Assembly (NCBI GenBank): GCA_021432655.1
Contig: MU271616.1
Location: 1 to 38,904 of the forward strand
Source of the DNA: Atractiella rhizophila
Taxonomy: Eukaryota
DNA length: 38,904 nt
Direction of reading: 5' to 3'
Below the pieces are notes generated by a model. The model ran no database searches, was not told the DNA's origin, and saw nothing but the letters and a program-made list of their open reading frames with translations. Below are positions 11,806 through 24,586 of this stretch, one piece after another. Made by a program: the position numbers and the translations under genes. How positions within the stretch are numbered: position 1 is the first letter of the stretch; every line of letters begins with the position of its first letter.

Positions 11806-11961
11806 GACAAAGGTTTGGAGGAGCATCCAAAACCTTGAGCGTAGGTTGGAGCGTTCCCCGACTTTGATATCACTCTCCTTTGTCCTTTGCAGCGTTGGAA
11901 CGCTCATTCTATGGCTTTTGATCGTGCAGACGCACACCTCGTGCTCAATTGGACAAAGGGA
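11806..11961. promoter_or_regulatory. Cluster of HMG-box binding-site-like motifs upstream of the HMG gene
   Basis: GACAAAGG at 11806-11813 (+) and 11877-11884 (-); ACAAAGGGA at 11953-11961 (+); CTTTGAT at 11862-11868. Confidence 0.4.
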
Positions 11962-12589
11962 CTCTGCTCAGACGGTAAACAAAAGCAAGTAGTCCGTGCA
12001 TGCGGCTCGAAAGGAGGAATGGGCCAGCTGCTCAGAGTGGACTGAACACCGCAGAGATGTGGAAATAGATGAATGGAAGAGAAGGCTTCCAGAATTTCTA
12101 GAAAACCTAACGAAATTCTCACACCTGTCAGAGTGAATGGACGATTAGCTTCAGGAACGGGGTGCCCGATGTGTAGGACGAACGAATATTGGGGCGATCT
12201 CGAATGTCAGCACAGATGATCCCCTCACTTGAATAGGACTTCAACTTGCGGTTCCGGGTGCTGGATTTGAGTAATATTCTTGAACGTGCGGGGGAAGGTC
12301 AGGCAAACGTTGACCGGAGAAACGGAAGAATTGATCGAAATCTGTTGTTGTTGTGGATAAGATATTTCATTTCAAAACACTGTTGTCATTTCAAATACGA
12401 GTACTGTGTACACATACTACTCGTACAAGGAGCAGGATGGGATCTCGTCATGGAACAGTGCCGGGGACAGTGCAGGATGGAGTCGAGGCAGGCTGTGAAG
12501 TTCGCAACGCTCAAGAACTTGAAAGCTTTGAAGTGTTCAAGTTCCTCTTTCCATTTGTTACTTTTCAAGTTGTTTAACTGAACACAAAG

Positions 12590-14861
12590 ATGGGGATCGT
12601 ATTCCTCCCACTCCTTGCTCTCCTTTCCTTTTCCTCCTTTTCACAAGCCAAAACATACTGTACCGACCCATCCTCCTCCTGCTGGCCGTCTTCTTCCGCC
12701 TGGGACTCCTTCAATTCAACCCTCAGCGGCGCTCTACTTCGCACTCTACCCTACGCTGCGCCATGCCACACCAACACTGGCTACTCCATCTCAGGCTGCT
12801 GGGAAAGGACGACTAAAAACAGCGACATGGACTACAAGCTCACGGTATGTCGTTATGGCATTCCGTCTCGCGATAGTTTGTAGCTGAGAACGAGAGACAG
12901 CTCCCCCAAGGCTACTTCAACAGCTACTGGGAAACCGGCAACTCCTCCTGCTACCTCGCTTCCCTCCCAACTACCAAATGCGAGCAAGGTCTCACTCCAT
13001 ATTACAGCGTGAACGCGAGCTCTGTACCCCAAGTTCAGGAGGCCGTCAAGTTTGCGGCGGCGAACGATCTCAGGTTGAGGATCAAGTGTTCGGGGCACGA
13101 CTTGTTAGGTCGGATGTCTGGTGAAGGCGCATTGAGCATTTGGACACATTACATCCAAGGTACCGCTTCCCTCTCGACAAGTCGTTAAATTTGGAGTCTG
13201 ACGGCTGGCCATGATGCTTGTTATGGCTAGGCATGGAATGGATCGACTCCTTCACACCCGCCAACGCGCCTTCCGGGACGGGTGGGCTCAGTGCAGTCCG
13301 CATAGGTGCCGGAGTCGTGATTGAAGATATATACGAGGCCGCCGCCGCCAAAGGCTTGCAAGTGGTAGCCGGCATGGCACACACCGTGCGTGCGTCTATG
13401 CCTCCAAGTCCCTCAACTCATCGTTTTCGTTCCGTTTCGTTCTGTTTCATTTCGAGCAGGTGTGCGCCGCAGGTGGATTCCTCCAGGGTGGTGGACACTC
13501 TATTCTCGGCCCAAAGTATGGACTGGCGATCGATAATGTGCTCGAGATGCAGGTTGTGGCTGCATCCGGGGACGTCGTGGTCGCCAATGCTTACACGAAT
13601 CAGGACTTGTTCTGGGTGCGCTCCTCATTCTCTCCTCCTTCAGTTGAATGAAAGATTCGCCTGACAAAGTGGCGGACGAGTAGGCGCTCAGAGGTACGCT
13701 TCAGTTGGTGACGAGGGTCGGATACTGAAAAGCGAATCATTGTAGGAGGAGGAGGCTCCACTTTCGGAGTCGTCACTTCCGTACTCTCCCCCTCCCTTCC
13801 CACCTCCCAAAAAAAATCAACTGACGAAATGAACATGATCCAGGTAGTGTACCAAACCCATCCAGCCGCGACCGTCCTCAGCGGCGAAATAACGTTCATT
13901 CCCACCAAAGGAATCCTCTCCTACCTCTACAAAGCCTTCGCTTCCCTCGCCAACCAAGGTTTCGCCCCAGCGATTCGTGTCACTCTCAGTCTGTACAGCA
14001 CCGTCAAGGTGCTGAAGGTAGACCCGTCCGATGGAGATTACGACAACTTGCTCTCTGCCCTCAACTTGACTAACTTTCCTGGAATCGCTAATTTTACACT
14101 TGGGATCAAGACTCAATCCTTCATCGACTATTATAGGGATAATCCGGGAACCTCTGCAGGGATGGGTGCGTCTTCATTGCTTGTTCGTTCGCCGAGAAGG
14201 ATATTTGATTGGCGATCGCTTGTTTGCTTGACTGATTGCTTGATGGACAGCTGGCATCATCGGAAGCCGACTGGTACCCAATAGCGCCTTCTCAGGCGAA
14301 CCAGACTCGTTGGCAGACTACACGCTCTCGCTCACCGCATCATCCATCAACCTTGTGCGCCATGCCCTCTCATCCATTTCATTCCCTTCCCTTCTCTTGC
14401 CGTCCCATCGAAACTGATCCGATGCGAATTATATAATAGGTGGCCTCGGGCGCCGTCCAAGAAGTCGCGGCGGACGCAACATCTATCCATCCCTCCTGGC
14501 GCGCCAACGAGCCCCTCTGGCACTTCGTAGTCGCTAACACAGGATGGGTCCCCGGTCTCGCCTCTCAGTCTACTATCGATTCTTCAGTGAATAGCGTCAG
14601 ATCCCAAGTTCAGGAGCTTGATCAGAAGTTTTCAAAGGGCACCGGGAGCTATATTAACGAAGGTTCGTCTATTGTTCCACTTTCTTGAATCGCTCATGAA
14701 GCTGACAATGGAATTTGTTCTAAGCTGATCCTTTCGATCCTCAGTACCCGAATATCTTTTGGGGCGACAATTATCCTCGTTTGCTCAAGTTGAAGGGAAC
14801 GCTGGATCCGGATGGCGTTTTTGGATGCCAAATGTGCGTAGGAAGGGAGAATGGTTATTGA
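12590..14861 (+). CDS. Secreted FAD-linked oxidoreductase, berberine-bridge-enzyme-like (FAD_binding_4 + BBE domain)
   Basis: Signal peptide; [34 protein letters not shown] (covalent-His motif); [28 protein letters not shown]-terminal GSYINE|ADPF...[24 protein letters not shown]. Stop TGA at 14859-14861. Confidence 0.93.
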
Positions 14862-15119
14862 TTCGTCACCAGTAGAACATGGTCGTGTATCCATCATTCC
14901 TTGAAGGATAAACTGAATGAGAGGTTGAAAAGGTTGATTTAAGCAATTTGTGATGATTCGATCACTCCTCGCTTGGAGCTTCGTACTGCAGACCGACGTG
15001 ATGCTTGCTTTCTGTATACATGTACTGTTTCGTGTGCTCTGTAAGCCACTCCTTGTTCCTCATGGACTGGTAACATGCATGATACAAGTCAAACTCAAAA
15101 GGTCTCCCTAGCTCCACTT

Positions 15120-15934
15120 CACAGATCAGGAATTGACGTTGTACCGCTCGAGCAACAAAGAGTGGTCTGGGTCGAAGGAGACTATTGTTTTTTCGCGTTT
15201 GGCATGTGTCGAACATAGCGGAAAGCACAGCCACGCTTACCTGAACATTGTGATTGTGACAAAGTGCAACAGCGGGGACAAAATGTGAACAAGACATGAT
15301 GCTTTGTGTGATGTGGATGCGTATCACTTTCAAGTTAAAAGAGACAACTCAGGCTCAGATGGAACGGACCCCTGCCAAATTACGAGGTGTTAGTATTGTG
15401 AGAATCCTATTTACTTGTCTGTTCTGTAGCTACTAGCTATCGTCAACGAAACGTCATTTGTTCAGAACAAGAACCGAGGGGATGCATAACCGGGATTCGT
15501 AAGTCAATGCTGCAACACTATTTTCGAGCGTTTGACAGTGGTCACTTCAAAGCAGTAGAACGAACAAAAGGGCAAAACTTTCGCGTCAGACGCACCACCA
15601 TGTTCCTACTATTCGTCCGAAGGAGAAGCTCTGTCCGTCACAAATACCAAAATCTGCGGTAATTTTTTTTAGAGAAGTTGACAGTACATTGATAGCGTGC
15701 CGTTTCCGATAGATGACACAGAAAGCACCCACTAACAGTTCCGAGTCTCCTCAGTCTTGTGGTCCAGATTCTCCAACTTTAGAAGAGTTTGGGAGTACTT
15801 TGCTATCCTTTGCTCCAGACATAGATGTCGTCAAGAGGGCTACAATCAAAGAGAAAGCTGATTCTGAAAGCAATGAGACCCCCCAACTTCGGGACTTTGT
15901 GGTTACTCTTTTTGGTAGAACAAAGAATGGTTAG
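15120..15934 (+). pseudogene. Probable decayed relic of the 3' part of the local Zn(II)2Cys6 factor family
   Basis: A last-exon-like ORF at 15713-15934 follows an intron-like GTAATT...GATAG and carries SPTLEEFGSTL and TPQLRDFVVTL, like the doubled motif of the 24587-27000 gene. Weak upstream similarity (LTLYRSS; AQPRLPE) is interrupted by stops and frame changes. Confidence 0.4.
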
Positions 15935-16199
15935 CTGCGTTGTTGTTCGTCCTGCGGACTCGATCCTTTTTGCAGTGTTTGTCATGTCTTCAGGCACGAC
16001 AGACTGCAAAGAATTCCGGGACTGAAGATCGCCCTGAAACTCAGAGAGGGTACTGCAGTATCCAGATAAAAAGGCAGGAGTTGCACCATGTCCGAGGTCA
16101 AGATTAACAAGTTTCACGATGAGCATCAAAAGAGGTCGCGCGCCGACAATCTTGACATTATACTTGACGCAACCCCTGTCGTCCTCCATCATTAATTCG

Positions 16200-16962
16200 A
16201 TGAAACGAGACTTTGCGCTTGCTGCTCATGAAGACTACCACCCCATCGCTCGATTGATCGTTTCTCCGAGAACCGACTTTTATGGCTTAGCGGCAGAGGA
16301 CGTAATGAGGAAATTGGATGAGGAGCACGGGGAGAAGATTCGAGAAGAATACGAGGAGGACGGGCTCAGAGGAGAAAAGTACTTGACCCATCATGTGATC
16401 ATTGCAGATGAGAATACGACTGAGAGAGGAGAAATCGTCTATGTGCATAGATGGATTGATCAGGACTGGTTCATGGAAGATGACATAAATGACAGGCTAG
16501 TTCCTGGGGAATGGAGTTTCCCGATTCTTGAAAAACAGAGATGTTTTATACAGGAGTACGTGTCAATCCTTCGCTCCTGTGTTTGGCAAACCTCAATTCA
16601 CATGGACGTGTTTCATGATTAGAGCGCCAACGATCTATGCCAACTTATCTATCGGCAACATCTCCATCGCAGAACAATGGCAATATCCCTACGATCCGAC
16701 TCGTCCTCACCCGCCTCCGGTGTGGAGGACTGACTGGAGGCTGCAGAGCCCTGGAGTGGCTTATGTCACTGCTGGACCGGAGGATTACGAGAAGAATGAT
16801 AGGGGGGAATACCGCTTGAAGGCATCCAAGGCTGCAGAGTTAAACCTGGTCGCAAACTGGGCTATTGGATGGGGAGCAGGTGATGATGACGATGAGAACG
16901 ATGAAAAGAAAGGACTGATGAACTTTGCTCAGCCTTGGAAGTGGGAACCACCTGCTTTATGA
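16200..16962 (+). CDS. Hypothetical acidic fungal protein with an ANLSIGN motif (possibly DUF6924-like)
   Basis: Two ORFs joined by an intron at ~16556-16623: ...HVIIADENTTERGEIVYV...RCFIQE|APTIYANLSIGNISIAE...; stop TGA at 16960-16962. The family assignment is from memory of the motif only. Confidence 0.65.
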
Positions 16963-17471
16963 ATGTCTCCTCATCATCAAGTTTCCGATATGACTTTAAT
17001 ATTTCCTTAGCTAGCATGGAAATGTGTAAGATGCATCCTCAGAAAATACTCGCACTAATGCCGCAGCTGTTCAACGTAGTGCTAAGTTGTTGTTGTGTAA
17101 CAACGGGACGTGAGCAAGCTCTGAAGCTTTCAACCCTGTCCACACGTTCTTGATTCAAAGGTTACGCGAAAAGATTAGTGGTAAAGCAAACAATATCGTC
17201 CGCCAAAAGATGACTGAAGCGTTCGGACGATCGGCGATGAAGATGAAGCATACGCACCTTTCTTGGACCTTGCAGAGTAATATTCGGGGAAGCAATTCAA
17301 CCGTACCCTATTCTCCCCTACGTCTTCCTGACAAGAGTTTTCACCAGTTCCAGCCAGAATTCATTGTTGTCATTCCTTTCCTCCCTCGCCACACTTCACT
17401 CCCGTAGTTTAGTAACATCGTTGATCTCACTTCTCACCACCCAGAGCTTCAAACCCGTTTAACAGCTCAGA

Positions 17472-20032
<2,561 letters not shown>

Positions 20033-20232
20033 GGTTTATGGAGCCATGGTCTCATTACCCTGTGTTCGTACCGAGATATTTGGATTGCATTCCTTGTACC
20101 ACCTGCAACTCTTACAGCACTGACATACGGAGATAACACGATCAAGCAGGGGTTAGAAAGAAAATAAGAAGGTGCAAAAGTCCACTTGAGCTTATTCCCA
20201 GAATCCAAAATTACAATTTAGCCAGTGAAGGG

Positions 20233-22035
20233 CTAAGGCAGCGTCAGGTTTTGTTCAGGAAGTGGAGGAGATGGGAGGGCATACGAATCCTTATGTTTGA
20301 TGATCCAGTCGGAAGTAAGGTTGATTGAAGTCCACTTATCCTCTCCCGGCTGTTGCAACAATGTCACTCTCGCGCTCAGGATGTCCAACCCAACTCCACA
20401 AGATAGAACATACCTCGTTATGAGTTTCATGCCAGAATCCGGGGAAAGTGTGAAATTCGACATCGACAGCTTTGACGTCGTTTTTGAGCTTCTCCGCAAG
20501 CTCTTCCGTCGCCTGGTGCCAGGTGACTTTGTCGGCGTCCCCATGGAAGAGATAGATGGGGAGTTTAGGTGGGAACTTCTTATAATCTGAGTTATAGATC
20601 CCGATACCGCCGAGGAGCATATCTACGTTACGTTCAGTCAGCTTGAGGGTGTAAAGTGGAAGAGGTGCTAACCTGCGACTCTACAATGGATGCAAGCGTT
20701 AGGAGCAATGGTAGACGTGACGCTGAAAAGCGCACCCTTTGTACTGAGAAGGTTCGACTCTTAGATTCAGTGGTATTAAAGCAGGGAGAAGTGCGTACGG
20801 ATCCAATAGCAGCAGTATAAGGGTCTGTCTCATACTCCTTGACGACAGCCTTATCTCTGCAAATATCCTATCACCACCATCATCAAATCAAATCAGTTAA
20901 CATCACCAAAAACAGGGTTCAGACAGGGAAGACGCACACCACGCCAGCTTTGCTCCTCCTCTCCTTCCTTCACCTGCTTCGGTTCCTTTCCCACCTTCAC
21001 CTGCATACCAGGAGCAAGGCTCCCAATAACCGAGCCGACACGCAGGACGATAGGGCTCGTCGCTACCGCCGGAGTCTGCTTGATGAGAGGGGATGAGCAG
21101 ATGACGCCACTGAGGCTTTTGAGGCCTGCAGGCTGAGGATGGCGGGTTGCATAGGCTGCTACGAGTCCGCCGCCCTTTATTTGCATTGACCATGAGCTCG
21201 TATGAGGCGAGGAAGAGATTAGTAGGAGGGACGAACCATGCTATGACCCATGAGGAACAGTTTCTTGTCGACTCCCTTCTCCTTCGAAAGCTTCAGTTCG
21301 CGGTCGATGAAGAATTGGATGTCGTTCAATTGCTGGGCCCAGGATGTGATGCCGATAGAAGGAGGCTTGGTGTTCGCTGCCGTTTGACCCGAACCTGGGT
21401 GCACGTCGTCAGTCAGTTTTGTTTGTAGGAGGGAGGGTGCAGGAGACTCACCGCGCTGGTCGAAGGCAAAGACTTCGATCCCTTTTTGTGCGTAGATCGG
21501 GAAGACGTGGTCGTAGCGTTCGATGTGCTCCACAAACCTGATTCATGAAGCAAGTCAGCGTCTGAGCGTTGAAATGCTGCAGCCTTGTACACAGTTAAAC
21601 AGAATGCAACGCTTGCTTCTGCCACTTTGTTGCGAAGACAATTCATGAGCCCGACTGTTCCAACAAGAGAGCAAACGTCACAACAGAGCAAAGCTACATC
21701 CTGCTCCTCGACATAGTATTTCGCTAAATCATGTTTTAACGGTGCACAAGAACTCTCTTCATCCTTCCAACCTTCCCCACCGACAGCCTGCAAGAAAGAG
21801 CAACAGAGCTTGTGACGACTCACCCATGCACGAAGACCAATCCCACCTTCCCTTCACCCTCACCCGTGCCCTCCGGAAGCCACCTCTTGGTGAAGAACTT
21901 CATATCTTTCTTGTCATTCTCGATCCACTCCGTCTTCGAAGTCGTGTTCGTCTCCGGGACTGGAATGGCGCGCGGTGGCCGCTCCACTGGCGCTGGCTCG
22001 ACTGGGGTCTTCTTCAGGAAGCTAGACAGAGGCAT
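20233..22035 (-). CDS. Alpha/beta-hydrolase, monoglyceride lipase / lysophospholipase (Hydrolase_4, Yju3-like)
   Basis: LVFVHG|FVEHIERY...FAFDQRG; GHSM|GG nucleophile elbow; LFHGDADKV (Asp); FPGFWHETHNE (His). Start MPLSSFLKK at 22035. Confidence 0.9.
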
Positions 22036-22183
22036 TGTCGTTGTCTGTTGCTCTCTGAAGAGTTCTGTGGGACCAAAGTTGGCTGGTCGGGTTGGGGAAG
22101 TGGGTGCCAAAGACTCAGAAAGACTGAATAATGCAGAATTCACGGGATCGGATACAAACTTACGCGACGACCAACAACACTCG

Positions 22184-22801
22184 ATGGCTCGTTGCGTGGT
22201 CACAGTGGGCACGACTGCTTTCACGCCCCTAATAAACGCAGCTTTATCCTCTGCGGTTCTGTCTCAACTTCTGCGGCTGGGAATTAGCGAACTTTTCGTG
22301 CAACACGGGCAGTCACCCCTTCCCGCTCTTTCACCACCGTCTGGTTTGCGTATCCAGACAGCGAACTTCACAAATGACATCGAAGCCATTGTGGCAGAGT
22401 CCACCTTAGTGATATCCCACGCTGGTGCGCTCTCACTTCATCCCAAACCGGGTTGCGGATGAAAATTGGTGGTTTGTGATGTGAAGGAGCTGGAACCATC
22501 ATTTCCGCTCTCCGCTCCCCCAGACCTCCGACTCTCGTTCTCGTCCCGAACCCAGCTCTTATGGATGCACATCAATCTGAACTTGCTGGAGCACTCTCTG
22601 ACAGAGGATGGGCGTTCACATGCTCCTGCGAGTGCGTCCTTGTTCATGTCCTCGCGGAATAGCTGCCGACTGAAGGTTAGCGAGCTCGAGAGCACCTTGG
22701 CCGGACTGCAGAGCCTGCAGAAGGATAGTAACAATGTTCCTGCGTATGACCCAGAAAAGATTAAAACGATTGTCGGTCGTGCTGCCGGTTTGTATCCATG
22801 A
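22184..22801 (+). CDS. ALG13: UDP-N-acetylglucosamine transferase subunit ALG13 (GT28 C-terminal), copy A
   Basis: MARCVVTVGTTAF...VQHG...LVISHAG|AGTII..L...LVLVPNPALMDAHQSELA; two introns. Lies head-to-head with the lipase, with 148 bp between the ATGs. Confidence 0.92.
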
Positions 22802-22835
22802 CATTAATGCATTACTGTTCGGTGTCATACGATGT

Positions 22836-22856
22836 CCGCGAAAATCTTTCGGAAAA
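22836..22856 (+). promoter_or_regulatory. Conserved 21-bp promoter element CCGCGAAAATCTTTCGGAAAA (copy 1; also 24465-24485 + and 37535-37555 -)
   Basis: Identical in all three Zn-cluster paralog promoters, 80-100 nt upstream of the ATG, while the flanks of the third copy have diverged. Confidence 0.65.
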
Positions 22857-22955
22857 TTATTGATCTGCGAGCGCTCTATATACAGTACAAGGAGCCGCTC
22901 TTCACACAATTTCTGTCATCCGAAGAAGGTGGCGAACGCGAGTGCCAGAAGAATT

Positions 22956-23757
22956 ATGAAGTTTATTTGTAGACGTTGCAAAGAGCGACGTCTTCCATGT
23001 ATCCAACAAAAGCAGGTCATTGGATGCATAAACTGTTTGGAGACTAAGGAACAGTGAGCGTTCAGGGCTGCCAGTTGGCGAATCCAGACTGAACGTTGAT
23101 TCTTTCATAGATGCGAGTTTTCTTATCGTCCCGTCCTGCGTAGACATGAGCAAGGGTACGTGCTCGCCAATCTAGATCTGAACATTTTAAACATTCTGAT
23201 AATTCATTCCTGATCATATCCTCAGTGTGCGAACCAATAAACTCAAATCAAGCTACATGAATTCTTCGGATCTCGCAAAAGACATCACACTGCAACTATC
23301 AGGTAAACCTCGTAAACTTCGAAAGAGGAATCTCCCGAAAAAACAGCCCTCAGTTGCATCACGAGGAGAGAACCTGGACCAAATCTACGTAGGGGCGCTC
23401 AACATTGGGACATCGACCGTAAACGGCCGATTAGAGGTCAAAGAACGAAGGCGATCGCTCAGCAGCCATCTGTTCAATCTATCTCAACTGGACAGCGTAA
23501 CGAAGGTGTTTTTATTCGACCCCTTGCTCGGGATATCCTCAAAGGCTTTCGCTTCCTGTGATGATTTATCCGTCTTCGAAGTCGTGTTCGTCTCCGGGAC
23601 TGGAATGGCGCGCGGTGGCCTCTCCACTGGCGCTGGCTCGACTGGCGTCTTCTTCAGGAAGCTGGACAGAGGCATTGTCGTTGTCTGTTGCTCTCTGAAG
23701 AGTTCTGTGGGACCAAAATTGGCTGGTCGGGTTGGGGAAGTGGGTGCCAAAGACTGA
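22956..23757 (+). pseudogene. Truncated/chimeric Zn(II)2Cys6 transcription factor (copy 1): intact DNA-binding domain, body cut at the duplication junction
   Basis: MKFICRRCKERRLPCIQQKQVIGCINCLETKEQ|CEFSY (C-2-C-6-C-8-C-2-C-6-C); introns 23054-23110 and 23156-23225. The frame runs through the junction at 23568 into antisense lipase sequence and stops at 23757. Confidence 0.8.
23484..23675 (-). pseudogene. Duplicated 5' fragment of the lipase gene fused to antisense TF sequence
   Basis: MPLSSFLKKTPVEPAPVERPPRAIPVPETNTTSKT followed by unrelated DKSSQEAK...; lacks all catalytic motifs. Confidence 0.75.
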
Positions 23758-23817
23758 ATAATGCAGAATTCACGGGATCGGATCGGATACAACTTACGCG
23801 ACGACCAACAACACTCG

Positions 23818-24430
23818 ATGGCTCGTTGTGTGGTCACAGTGGGTACGACCGCTTTCACGCCCCTAATAAACGCAGCTTTGTCCTCTGCGGTTCTGTCTCA
23901 ACTTCTGCGGCTGGGAATTAGCGAAGTTTTCGTGCAACACGGGCAGTCACCCCTTCCCGCTCTTTCACCACCGTCTGGTTTGCGTATCCAGACAACGAAC
24001 TTCACAAATGACATCGAAACCATTGTGGCAGAGTCCGCTTTAGTGATATCCCACGCTGGTGCGCTCTCACTTTATCCAAAACGGGGTTGCGGATGAAAAT
24101 TGGTGGTTTGTGAAGGAGCTGGAACCATCATTTCCGCTCTCCGCTCTCCCACACCTCCGACTCTCGTTCTCGTCCCGAATCCAACTCTTATGAATGCTCA
24201 TCAATCTGAACTTGCTGGAGCACTCTCTGACAGAGGATGGGCGTTCACATGCTCCTGCGAGTGCGTCCTTGTTCATGTCCTCGCGGAATAGCTGCCGACT
24301 GAAGGTTAGCGAGCTCGAGAGCACCTTGGCCGGACTGCAGAGCCTGCAGAGGGATAGTAACAATGTTCCTGCGTACGACCCAGAAAAGATCAAAACGATT
24401 GTCGGTCGTGCTGCCGGTTTGCATCCATGA
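23818..24430 (+). CDS. ALG13: ALG13, copy B
   Basis: Same exon structure as copy A with an open frame. About 9 amino-acid differences, including LMDAHQ to LMNAHQ. Confidence 0.85.
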
Positions 24431-24586
24431 CATTAAAGCATTACTGTTCGGTGACATACGATGTCCGCGAAAATCTTTCGGAAAACTATGTAAACCTGCG
24501 AGCACTCTATATACAGTACAAGGAGCTGCTCTTCACACAATTTCCGTCATCCGAAGAAGGTGGCGAACGCGAGTGCCAGAAGAATT

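Noticed and set aside
21812..22183. N-terminal extension of ALG13 in the 216-aa ORF
   Set aside because: It is antisense to lipase exon 1 and broken by indels in copy B. ALG13 homology begins at MARCVVTVG (22184).
22734..22955. Upstream in-frame extension of the Zn-cluster gene overlapping ALG13
   Set aside because: It is frameshifted in copy 2 and absent in copy 3. All copies conserve the ATG of MxxIC.
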